DNA of 32,000 nucleotides. It comes from Candidatus Methanoperedens sp. GTDB taxonomy: Archaea > Halobacteriota > Methanosarcinia > Methanosarcinales > Methanoperedenaceae. The notes beneath the pieces were generated by a model. The model was not told the DNA's origin. It saw only the letters and a list, made by a program, of their open reading frames with translations, and did no database searches. Position 1 is the first letter of the stretch; each line of letters opens with the position of its first letter. The stretch spans positions 120,001 through 152,000 of the forward strand of contig JAPZAR010000027.1 of NCBI GenBank assembly GCA_027460535.1, written 5' to 3'. Made by a program: the position numbers and the translations under genes. Below are positions 8,649 through 16,349 of this stretch, piece after piece.

Positions 8649-9740
8649 ATGACACTCGAAGAAGAGATAAAGGCGATCGAAGAAGAAATAAGCAAGACCA
8701 AGTACAATAAGGCCACCGAACATCACATAGGTCGGTTAAAAGGAAAACTTGCCTTTCTCAAGGAAACTGCGTTGAAGAGGGCATCCTCCAAATCAGGAGG
8801 GGAAGGCTTTTCCGTCAAGAAATCCGGGGATGCATCAGTCGTACTTGTCGGGTTCCCCTCCGTGGGAAAAAGCACATTGTTGAACAGCCTTACGGGAACA
8901 GAGTCGCAGGTTGCTGCATATGAATTCACCACTCTCGATGTAGTGCCAGGGGCGCTTGAATACAAAGGGGCCACTATCCAGATACTGGACGTGCCCGGTC
9001 TTACAAAAGGCGCTGCCTCAGGAAGGGGAAGGGGCAAAGAAGTCCTCGCGGTGGTAAGGAACGCAGACCTGGCGGTGATACTGCTTGATGTTTTCCAGCC
9101 AGTTCACCATGATATTCTTGTTCAGGAACTGTATGATGCAGGGATACGTGTCAATTCAAGACCGCCTGATGTAACTATCGTGAAAAAACCAAAGGGCGGC
9201 ATAAGCGTAAACAGCACGGTAGATCTAAATCTCGATGATGATACAATAAAAGTGATATTGGGAGAGTACAGGATTCATAACGCAAATGTTGTGATACGTG
9301 AAAATATAACCATCGACCAGTTGATCGATGCCATACTGGGCAACCGTAAATACATACCTGCTATCGTGGTAATTAACAAGATCGACCTCGCAGATGAACA
9401 AATGCTCGAAGAATGCAATGAGAAATTCCCTGATGCTCTTCTCATTTCGGCTGATAAGAAAGTCCATATCGAAGAACTTAAAGAAAAGCTGTATCAGGAA
9501 CTCGGGTTCATCAGGATTTTCCTGAAACCCCAGGGGCAGCCGCCCGACCTGAACGAACCCCTGATTGTAAGATACGGCTCCACAATTGGCGATATATGCG
9601 ACAAGCTCCACCGTGATTTCAGGAACAGGTTCAGGTACGCACAGATCTGGGGCGATTCCGCAAAACACAAAGGGCAACGCACGGGTCTTGACCACGTACT
9701 TTATGATAATGATATCCTGACGATAATATTGAGGAAATAA
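8649..9740 (+). CDS. DRG-family (Obg-class) GTPase with a C-terminal TGS domain
   Basis: G1 is GFPSVGKSTLLN, G3 is DVPGL and G4 is NKID. The N-terminus MTLEEEIKAIEEEI is typical of archaeal DRG proteins. The track start at 8625 is a TTG; the ATG at 8649 is preferred. Confidence 0.88.
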   Translation: MTLEEEIKAIEEEISKTKYNKATEHHIGRLKGKLAFLKETALKRASSKSGGEGFSVKKSGDASVVLVGFPSVGKSTLLNSLTGTESQVAAYEFTTLDVVPGALEYKGATIQILDVPGLTKGAASGRGRGKEVLAVVRNADLAVILLDVFQPVHHDILVQELYDAGIRVNSRPPDVTIVKKPKGGISVNSTVDLNLDDDTIKVILGEYRIHNANVVIRENITIDQLIDAILGNRKYIPAIVVINKIDLADEQMLEECNEKFPDALLISADKKVHIEELKEKLYQELGFIRIFLKPQGQPPDLNEPLIVRYGSTIGDICDKLHRDFRNRFRYAQIWGDSAKHKGQRTGLDHVLYDNDILTIILRK

Positions 9741-9743
9741 ATA

Positions 9744-10154
9744 ATGAAACCAGTGACGCCTCTCCTGACCGTGGATGCACTAATAATATACGAAGGTAAA
9801 ATTGTTCTCATAAAACGCAAGAATGCGCCCTACAGGGATCATTTCGCACTCCCGGGCGGTTTCGTGGAGGTAGGGGAGACGGTTGAAGCTGCGGCTGCCC
9901 GAGAGGCAAAGGAGGAAACAGGGCTTGATATCAGGCTTATCAAGCTCCTGGGCGTGTATTCTGACCCTTCGCGTGACCCGAGAGGCCACACAGTTTCTGT
10001 GTGTTTCCTCGCCACCGGGAGTGGAAACCTTAAAGCTGGTTCGGATGCTAAGGATATCAAGCTCTCTTGTCTTAATGAAATACCAGAACTGGCATTTGAT
10101 CATAATAAGATCATAGAAGAAGCTAAGAGTGATATCAATGGAATTCTGTCCTAA
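9744..10154 (+). CDS. NUDIX hydrolase
   Basis: The Nudix box GGFVEVGETVEAAAAREAKEETGL is present. The gene starts 3 nt after the DRG stop. Confidence 0.85.
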   Translation: MKPVTPLLTVDALIIYEGKIVLIKRKNAPYRDHFALPGGFVEVGETVEAAAAREAKEETGLDIRLIKLLGVYSDPSRDPRGHTVSVCFLATGSGNLKAGSDAKDIKLSCLNEIPELAFDHNKIIEEAKSDINGILS

Positions 10155-10440
10155 TTGCAAAAGCATGATGATACCTGCAAAGAATGTTTTTAAATGCAGG
10201 AAATGCGGATTTGAACAAGAAATTAAAAAAGGATTTATCTCAAAGACCGAAAGGAATGAGCGCGAAGTAACGGTATTGGAGCAGAGGGAGATGGGAATGC
10301 CAACCACCCGGGCAAGATGCGAAGAGTGCGGGAATGACACCGCATACTGGTGGTTGCGCCAACTTCGTGCGGCTGATGAAAGTGAAGTCAGGTTCTTCCG
10401 GTGCACCAAGTGCGGGATGACCTGGCGTGAATATAGCTAG
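10138..10440 (+). CDS. tfs: Transcription factor S (RNA polymerase subunit M / TFIIS-like)
   Basis: There is an N-terminal zinc ribbon (CPNC...CRKC) and a C-terminal zinc ribbon (CEECG...CTKCG). The acidic hairpin motif RAADE is retained. The ATG at 10138 overlaps the Nudix gene by 17 nt. Confidence 0.85.
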   Translation: MEFCPNCKSMMIPAKNVFKCRKCGFEQEIKKGFISKTERNEREVTVLEQREMGMPTTRARCEECGNDTAYWWLRQLRAADESEVRFFRCTKCGMTWREYS

Positions 10441-11387
10441 ATCCCGCTTATACCATAGGATTCCAGAATCACTTCCCCATTCAGGTGACCTGCATGGTAG
10501 GTCATACCAGTTTCGAGGTCGTTTACCGTAATCTCCGCGGGAGCGAAGACGTTGGCATCTATCTTGAAGAAATCATAACCGGCATCCTTGAAAGTCCTGT
10601 AAAACGGTTTTCCATAGTCCTTTGAAGTGGATGAAGGGACCTGCTTGAATAACGCTTCATCAAATCCTCTTACGGTCAGGAACACTGAGCCGTAGTATAT
10701 CACACTGTCGTTAGTGCTGCCCATGGCTTTCAGGTCATCCTTGACCACAGGCGCAATGGGTGCGCATCCCGAGCCGCTCACTATCTTGGTGGTATCGTAA
10801 CCCAGTTCGTTCAGTTTGAATATAGCGGTCTCGACCACACGTCCAGAGACCTGCACAGAACCCACCATGCTTGCCGTGGGCGCAATAAGAGCTACTACAT
10901 TGGCGGGCTCAACGTGGCTTGCCTCGGCAATTGTCTCGATCACCTTCTCATCAGGGAGCTGGTTCGATTCAAGAGCGATAACGGCATATTCGTAATCATC
11001 CTCGTACTTTATTCGCTCATAGGTTTTCTTTGGCTTGAGCGCGAGCGCCCTTGCAGGGCCGGAACCCATGGCAAAATACTTATCCACGCTTATCCGCCAC
11101 CCCGCTTTCTGTGCGCCAAGGCAGGATATCGCGGGATGGTCTGTAAAAATATCCACGAAAGAAAGCGGGATTTCATTCACTTTATGCACTGTTATTGAGC
11201 TTGCCCCGAACCCACCCATGCAGATTTCCGTGAACATGAGACCCGCTTCGTATCCCCCGTCGGCGTTTATCCCGCAGTCTATGACCTTTGCACCGTTTTT
11301 AAGTTCAATGACTTTTACTTTTAATTCCTCCGACCAGTCCATCATTTCTTCCGCGATTTCCATTGCTTTTTCATTAACGCTTAACAA
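10437..11387 (-). CDS. mch: Methenyltetrahydromethanopterin cyclohydrolase
   Basis: The 316-aa product begins [15 protein letters not shown]...[31 protein letters not shown], a characteristic Mch sequence. Confidence 0.92.
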   Translation of the reverse strand: MLSVNEKAMEIAEEMMDWSEELKVKVIELKNGAKVIDCGINADGGYEAGLMFTEICMGGFGASSITVHKVNEIPLSFVDIFTDHPAISCLGAQKAGWRISVDKYFAMGSGPARALALKPKKTYERIKYEDDYEYAVIALESNQLPDEKVIETIAEASHVEPANVVALIAPTASMVGSVQVSGRVVETAIFKLNELGYDTTKIVSGSGCAPIAPVVKDDLKAMGSTNDSVIYYGSVFLTVRGFDEALFKQVPSSTSKDYGKPFYRTFKDAGYDFFKIDANVFAPAEITVNDLETGMTYHAGHLNGEVILESYGISGI

Positions 11388-11517
11388 AATAAATCACCAC
11401 TTAAAATCATAGTAGGCAAAATGGACTTATAAGGTTTTTGAAATTATCCAGCTATCATGATTTGTTCAAAAAGGATATAACATTGGATTCATCCAAACGT
11501 TAACCTTTAATCATATG

Positions 11518-11592
11518 CCTTCGAATAGGTGTTATGAAATAGTGCTATCGAAGGAGCACGCGTAATTTCAGGAAGCGATAGTTATGAAATAT
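11518..11592 (+). promoter_or_regulatory. Structured leader candidate upstream of thyA, with a duplicated start region
   Basis: CCTTCGAATAG (11518-11528) is complementary to CTATCGAAGG (11545-11554). CTATCG can alternatively pair with CGATAG (11574-11579). The 11-mer GTTATGAAATA occurs at 11530-11540, where it encodes ATG-AAA-TAG, and again at 11581-11591, where it contains the real start codon. Confidence 0.3.
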
Positions 11593-12270
11593 CCTCCAAC
11601 TAACCTTATCCAGGCAGTCGGTCTTGCAGACGCCTGGGCACAAGCCGTGAATTTTGTCATGAAGCACGGCATGGAGATAAAGACCGAGTACGGCCCAATG
11701 TCAAGGGATATCTGTTCTGCAATAGAGATCCGTGACCCGTATGCAGAACCCATGCTGCATCCCCAGTTCCCTACAAAAGAGTTGCATGTTAAGGAGTACC
11801 TGAAGCAGTGGGAGAGGGAATATGACTGGAGAAAGCAGGGATTTGAGTATAATTACATGGACAGGCTGATAAATTATCCATCTCGCGGAAAGGATGTTGA
11901 CCAGTTGAAGGCAATAAGGGACCTGCTCCCCCAGGGCGTATCGCGCCGCAGGCAGGCTATTACATGGATACCGGAACGCGACCTTTTCGTAAAGGAAGAC
12001 CAGCCATGCCTTCAGCGCCTGTGGGTCAGGGCGCTGGGTGAAGGAAATGCCGAGATGCATTGCATGTGGCGCTCGCGCGACCTGTTTGCTGCATGGAACA
12101 GCAATATGGTCGGTTTGCTTACCATGATAAGACGGGAGGTGCTAGACCCCAACAACCTGAAACTTTTAAAGGTGGTAGATTTCTGCAATTCGCTGCATAT
12201 CTATGAGGCGGACTGGGAAGAGGCATCGAAGGTTAAGCCTCTGCCGAAGAGCCCGCAGATGATGAGGTAA
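11584..12270 (+). CDS. thyA: Thymidylate synthase (archaeal ThyA-type)
   Basis: The catalytic-Cys context DQPCLQRLWV is present. The motif WRSRDLFAAWNSNMVGL corresponds to the RSxD...N motif of ThyA. The length is 228 aa. Confidence 0.7.
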   Translation: MKYPPTNLIQAVGLADAWAQAVNFVMKHGMEIKTEYGPMSRDICSAIEIRDPYAEPMLHPQFPTKELHVKEYLKQWEREYDWRKQGFEYNYMDRLINYPSRGKDVDQLKAIRDLLPQGVSRRRQAITWIPERDLFVKEDQPCLQRLWVRALGEGNAEMHCMWRSRDLFAAWNSNMVGLLTMIRREVLDPNNLKLLKVVDFCNSLHIYEADWEEASKVKPLPKSPQMMR

Positions 12271-12283
12271 TAATATTGTCTAA

Positions 12284-12967
12284 ATGAATATCTTATCTGA
12301 ATACTTTCCATCCGATACTTCGAGAGAATCCCTTCTTGCTGCACAAAGGATTGTAGCCAGGAAAGCGAAAATCAAAGATGATGTCGGCGATCTTCGACTT
12401 ATCGCGGGCGTGGACCAGGCATTTGTGAAAGATAAAATCATCTCAGGGATAGTTGTCCTGGATTATGGTTCGCTTGATGTTGTCGGGAGTGTTCATTCTG
12501 TCGAAACAGTGAGCTATCCCTACATCCCAACATTCCTGAGCTTCCGCGAAGGGCCAGCAATTGTTAGCGCTTTTAGAAAATTGAAAAATCCTCCCGACAT
12601 TCTGATGGTGGACGGCGCCGGGATAAATCACCCACGCTTCGCAGGTATTGCCACACACATAGGAGTCGCGCTAAACGTACCAACAATCGGCATTACCAAA
12701 AAGATTCTCTGCGGGAAAGGGGTTGAGCCCTCGCAAGAAGGAGAGGCGTCGCCTCTTGTCCATGAAGGCAAGATAGTCGGATGGGTGTTAAAATCCAGAG
12801 AGAAGACCAAGCCAATCATCGTGGCACCCGGTCACAGGGTTTCGCTTGAAAGCTCACTTTCGATAGCGAAGGCATGCCTTCACGGGCATAAGCTCCCGGA
12901 GCCTGCAAGACTTGCCCATGAGTACGTGAACGAGCTAAAAAGAAAACTTTCTGAATCTCTATTTTAA
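12284..12967 (+). CDS. nfi: Endonuclease V
   Basis: The motifs AGVDQAF, YIPTFLSFREGP and MVDGAGINHPRFAGIATHIGV...PTIGITKK are hallmark EndoV motifs. Confidence 0.9.
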   Translation: MNILSEYFPSDTSRESLLAAQRIVARKAKIKDDVGDLRLIAGVDQAFVKDKIISGIVVLDYGSLDVVGSVHSVETVSYPYIPTFLSFREGPAIVSAFRKLKNPPDILMVDGAGINHPRFAGIATHIGVALNVPTIGITKKILCGKGVEPSQEGEASPLVHEGKIVGWVLKSREKTKPIIVAPGHRVSLESSLSIAKACLHGHKLPEPARLAHEYVNELKRKLSESLF

Positions 12968-13534
12968 CCAGACCACTTTTGGTTCTATTTTTTCGGGCAT
13001 GGAAGTTTTGCTTTTTGGATAACCGAATATCAGAGGTGCAATAGCTTTATAGCCGTCCGGGGCGCCCAGTTCCTTCAGCAATTCTTCATTCATCAGGGCA
13101 GGGAGAACACCTCCGATCCAGCAGCTCCCGATCCCTTTTGAATGGGCGGCAAGCATCATATTCTGGGCTGCCATTGAACAATCGAAATCAACGGTCGGTG
13201 CGCTCTTGTTGCCGAGAATAATCACAAGGACAGGTGCATTATAGAACATATCCGTGCCTTTTGTTTTAAGAAAGACGAGGAAATCTCTTGCCTTTTGAGA
13301 ACTATCTTTCATTGGCTCAAGCAGAGGGATCATGGATTTCTTCCCGCTTTCCGATATCTTTCTCATTGCATCTTTATTTTTTATCACAAGAAAGCTCCAT
13401 GGCTGCGTATTGAAACCGGTTGGCGCATACCTGGCACAATCGATGAGGAATTTGATCTCATCATCCGGGATCTGGTCTTGCTTAAATTCACGAACACTGC
13501 GTCGTGTTTTGATCATTTCAATGATGTCTTTCAA
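12959..13534 (-). CDS. Nitroreductase-family flavoprotein
   Basis: The motifs IKTRRSVREF and RYAPTGFNTQPWSF are present, and the length is 191 aa. It is convergent with nfi, with a 9-nt overlap. Confidence 0.8.
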   Translation of the reverse strand: MKDIIEMIKTRRSVREFKQDQIPDDEIKFLIDCARYAPTGFNTQPWSFLVIKNKDAMRKISESGKKSMIPLLEPMKDSSQKARDFLVFLKTKGTDMFYNAPVLVIILGNKSAPTVDFDCSMAAQNMMLAAHSKGIGSCWIGGVLPALMNEELLKELGAPDGYKAIAPLIFGYPKSKTSMPEKIEPKVVWLK

Positions 13535-13549
13535 AATAACACCCCACGA

Positions 13550-14221
13550 TTAATTATCCTTCATTTCAATTATACTTTTCCTGACAAAACCAATCCACTC
13601 CGAAAATCCTTCCCCCGTCTTAAGGCTCATTTTCAGCACATCAATGCGCGGATTGATGGTACGGGCATCCCTCACCATTTTGTCTGCATCAGCATTTACA
13701 GCTTCAGCAATATCGATTTTATTCACTATAATTAAGGCTGCGGCACTGAAGATCAGGGGATGCTTTTCCACGATGTCGTCGCCTTCGCTAACGCTCACAA
13801 TTACTACCCGTTTATGCTCACCAAGTTCATAGTCGGTGGGGCAGATGAGATTCCCCACGTTCTCTATGAAAAGGAGGTCAATAGAGTCAAGCGGCAGACT
13901 TTCAAGCCCATGCTCGACCAGATGCGCATCGAGGTGGCATTCTTTCCCTGTGTTCAGCCCGATTGTCGGAATCCCATACTTTTCAAATCGTGCAGCATCA
14001 ATTCTTGCTATCACATCGCCTGCGATGGCGCCTATCCTGTATTCGCTGCCAAGCCGCTCGATCGTTTTCTCTATCAATAATGTCTTTCCAGAACCGATTG
14101 CGCCCATTATGTTAAAAGCTGTAATTCCATGCCTTGAAAGATCATTGCGAGTTTTGCTCGCTATCCTGGAATTCTCTCCAAGAACGTCATAATTAATAGA
14201 GATATCCTCGATGGTATGCAT
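13550..14221 (-). CDS. hypB: Hydrogenase/urease nickel-incorporation GTPase HypB
   Basis: The P-loop GAIGSGKTLLIEK, ENVGNLICP and VNKIDI are present. I moved the start to the ATG at 14221 (MHTIEDISINYDVL). The longer track ORF, which reaches 14311, would overlap the 3' end of ftr. Confidence 0.85.
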   Translation of the reverse strand: MHTIEDISINYDVLGENSRIASKTRNDLSRHGITAFNIMGAIGSGKTLLIEKTIERLGSEYRIGAIAGDVIARIDAARFEKYGIPTIGLNTGKECHLDAHLVEHGLESLPLDSIDLLFIENVGNLICPTDYELGEHKRVVIVSVSEGDDIVEKHPLIFSAAALIIVNKIDIAEAVNADADKMVRDARTINPRIDVLKMSLKTGEGFSEWIGFVRKSIIEMKDN

Positions 14222-14261
14222 ATTAAAAAAATCGAAAGGGAGGTCTAATTCCTCTTTTATT

Positions 14262-15155
14262 CTAAACCATATCCTTGAGATTGAACTTGTATGGGCCGAG
14301 GGTGCCGCCATAGTTCCCTGCGCTTATCTTTTTGACACCAGGGATCTTCACTGCAGCGGCTATTCCGGCTTTCATGGATCTGCTGATGTCGTCAACGCTC
14401 AGGCCATTGATAACGATCTCATAAATGGCATTTACATTTGCGGGCACCTTCGTATCCTTAATTTTTGCCTTGAGCGAAGGGCTGAATTTCTCGTTCGTGG
14501 TGGCTTTCATGAACTTGTAGTTCGTGAAGCCCACTTTTGAGCCGCTCGCCACTATTCCGCCGGGGAAAGGGGTTATCGTGCCATCCTGCTGGGCTATCGC
14601 ATCCACGGCATTCTCGGCCGCTGCAAGGGCAGCCATCTGGTTATCGGCCATTATGAAGAAATTCCCGCCTGCAATGCCTTCCTGCGCGCCGATGCTGTGC
14701 TCTGCAATGAAATCGCCCTGCATCATAGGTATCTTATATGCTTTCCTTCCTCCAATATTGGTCTCTGATTCAAAGCCATCCCCGAAGAACTTGAGCTTGA
14801 AACCAGTATCGAACTGTTTTTCAGCGTTGGGTAAACCGTTCCACATTGCTGCGGTTGGCGCGGTCAGGACGCACTGGCCCAGCCTCTTCAAAAGCTGCTC
14901 TTCGAGGGCTTTGAAGCCGAACGTACATATCTGGATATATGCTCCAGGCCTTCCATCCGGCGTTTCATTGCCGTTTACGACTTTCTCGACGCCGGCCTCG
15001 GCCGGGCACATTATTACTGAAGTCCCAAAACCTGTTGCTTCCTGCGCCGCAACAAGAGCCCATCTCTTGGTTGCACCTGTGATCAAAATTCTTGCTATCT
15101 TTATCGGAAACGCTTCCGCGAATGTATCTTCTATTTCTATTCCATTAAGTTCCAT
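14262..15155 (-). CDS. ftr: Formylmethanofuran--tetrahydromethanopterin N-formyltransferase
   Basis: The 297-aa product has the N-terminus MELNGIEIEDTFAEAFPIKIARILITG, characteristic of Ftr. Confidence 0.92.
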   Translation of the reverse strand: MELNGIEIEDTFAEAFPIKIARILITGATKRWALVAAQEATGFGTSVIMCPAEAGVEKVVNGNETPDGRPGAYIQICTFGFKALEEQLLKRLGQCVLTAPTAAMWNGLPNAEKQFDTGFKLKFFGDGFESETNIGGRKAYKIPMMQGDFIAEHSIGAQEGIAGGNFFIMADNQMAALAAAENAVDAIAQQDGTITPFPGGIVASGSKVGFTNYKFMKATTNEKFSPSLKAKIKDTKVPANVNAIYEIVINGLSVDDISRSMKAGIAAAVKIPGVKKISAGNYGGTLGPYKFNLKDMV

Positions 15156-15169
15156 TTTATATCCCTCAC

Positions 15170-15215
15170 TTTGATGAAACCAAGATATTCATCCCTTTCA
15201 AAAAGGTTCATCAAA
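15170..15215 (-). promoter_or_regulatory. Hairpin in the probable ftr 5' leader
   Basis: A perfect 9-bp inverted repeat TTTGATGAA (15170-15178) / TTCATCAAA (15207-15215) is present. On the minus strand its 3' arm ends just upstream of the SD-like GTGAGGGA and the ftr ATG at 15155. Confidence 0.3.
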
Positions 15216-15294
15216 CAAATCTTTGTTTTTTATGTATTACCTGATATATGCTTCGAAATGTTTCGAGCAGAAGAAAAGAAAATAAAACGTTTTT

Positions 15295-15648
15295 CTATTT
15301 GGCAAATTCTTCCATGGCGCGGCTTGCAAGTTCATGCATTCGCACTGAAGTCCTCCCGGCTCCGGAGAATTCATCATGGGACATTATGGACGCAATCTCC
15401 TTACCAAGCACGAAGATTGCATGTTTGTGTTCGGCTTTACTGCGATGCACATGTATGGGGCTTATTTGAAGAGACCGGTATTGGGAAAACTCTCCCTCTC
15501 CTTTTTCCTCAAAAAACTTTTTCATCTGCACCATCAGTGTGTGTAGCTGAATCAACTCTTCTTTGTGTATAGAACCGCCTCCTATCTTTGCGTAACTGCG
15601 GGCACAGCAGTTGTATGTCTGTTCACATTTATTCGATACTAAAACCAT
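15295..15648 (-). CDS. UPF0058-family small protein (start uncertain)
   Basis: The conserved core HKEELIQLHTLMVQMKKFFEE...HRSKAEHKHAIFVLGKEIA resembles archaeal UPF0058 proteins. The nearest in-frame ATG is 15648. The family-like N-terminus begins at an ATA codon (15570) preceded by GGAGG. Confidence 0.6.
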   Translation of the reverse strand: MVLVSNKCEQTYNCCARSYAKIGGGSIHKEELIQLHTLMVQMKKFFEEKGEGEFSQYRSLQISPIHVHRSKAEHKHAIFVLGKEIASIMSHDEFSGAGRTSVRMHELASRAMEEFAK

Positions 15649-15727
15649 TTGCACGGAAGACGCCTTCCTACCCAATAGACTTAAAGTTTCCGATTTAATC
15701 TTAATGATTCATCGTGACTATTTAATT

Positions 15728-16270
15728 TTATGGTGTCACTATGATTTTCAGGTGTTGGAAACGCGGATATTCCTTGATATAAACGCCGTATGTTCCTGGT
15801 TGACTGAACGTGTAGTTAAACTGGGCACGATTCCATCTTAATATCGCTCTTGTATTGTTTGTCCATAAGCCCTCCTCATTCACAATGGTTAGCTTTTCTT
15901 CAGGACTGGTGGCATCATTTATCCATATTATGGAATCTCCTGAATTAATGGTAATTGTTCTATTATAAACATCATACTTGACCGGCCTTGAAGAATTGCT
16001 AACTATCCTGGGAAAACCATAATAGTTATCAACGTCGGAATAATAAAAAACCGAAACTCTGGCAATTGTTGGGGTCGGCGTAGGAATGGGAATGGTTGGC
16101 ATAATCGTGGGCAATACGGTCAGGGTCGCTGTTGGAGTTTCTGTTGGGGTCGGAGTACGGACAGGCGCATTAACACATCCAAGGACAGAGGAAAATAAGA
16201 TTATAAGAATTAATGAAATTAACTTAATATTTTTCAAATCATTCACCTGTCTCGTAATATCATTGTTCAT
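15728..16270 (-). CDS. Putative lipoprotein or secreted protein with a Thr/Pro linker and a small beta-rich (cupredoxin-like?) domain
   Basis: A signal/TM segment ends in a lipobox-like VLGC. The linker is PVRTPTPTETPTATLTVLPTIMPTIPIPTPTPT. The C-terminal segment ITINSGDSIIWIND...FSQPGTYGVYIKEY...LKIIVTP resembles a cupredoxin-type fold but lacks the Cys/His/Met copper ligands. Confidence 0.5.
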   Translation of the reverse strand: MNNDITRQVNDLKNIKLISLILIILFSSVLGCVNAPVRTPTPTETPTATLTVLPTIMPTIPIPTPTPTIARVSVFYYSDVDNYYGFPRIVSNSSRPVKYDVYNRTITINSGDSIIWINDATSPEEKLTIVNEEGLWTNNTRAILRWNRAQFNYTFSQPGTYGVYIKEYPRFQHLKIIVTP

Positions 16271-16349
16271 AAATAACTCTATCGATTTGTTCTCTGATAG
16301 CGATTTAATCAGAGAAGTTTATTATCATTGCCTAACATGAATCACATGT

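Noticed and set aside
13550-14311. The full-length 253-aa HypB ORF starting at 14311
   Set aside because: The extension overlaps the ftr coding end and adds a non-conserved N-terminus. The internal ATG at 14221 gives the family-typical length.
14524-15174. A 216-aa + strand ORF, together with similar long ORFs at 6061..6555, 9780..10409, 21557..22051, 23321..23824, 26431..26928 and 30697..31152
   Set aside because: Each lies entirely antisense to, or out of frame within, a strongly supported conserved gene (ftr, gatE, Nudix/tfs, hisS, hisF, cofG/cofH, argS). Their translations are low-complexity Ser/Pro/Ala/Arg-rich with no recognisable motifs. They are shadow ORFs.
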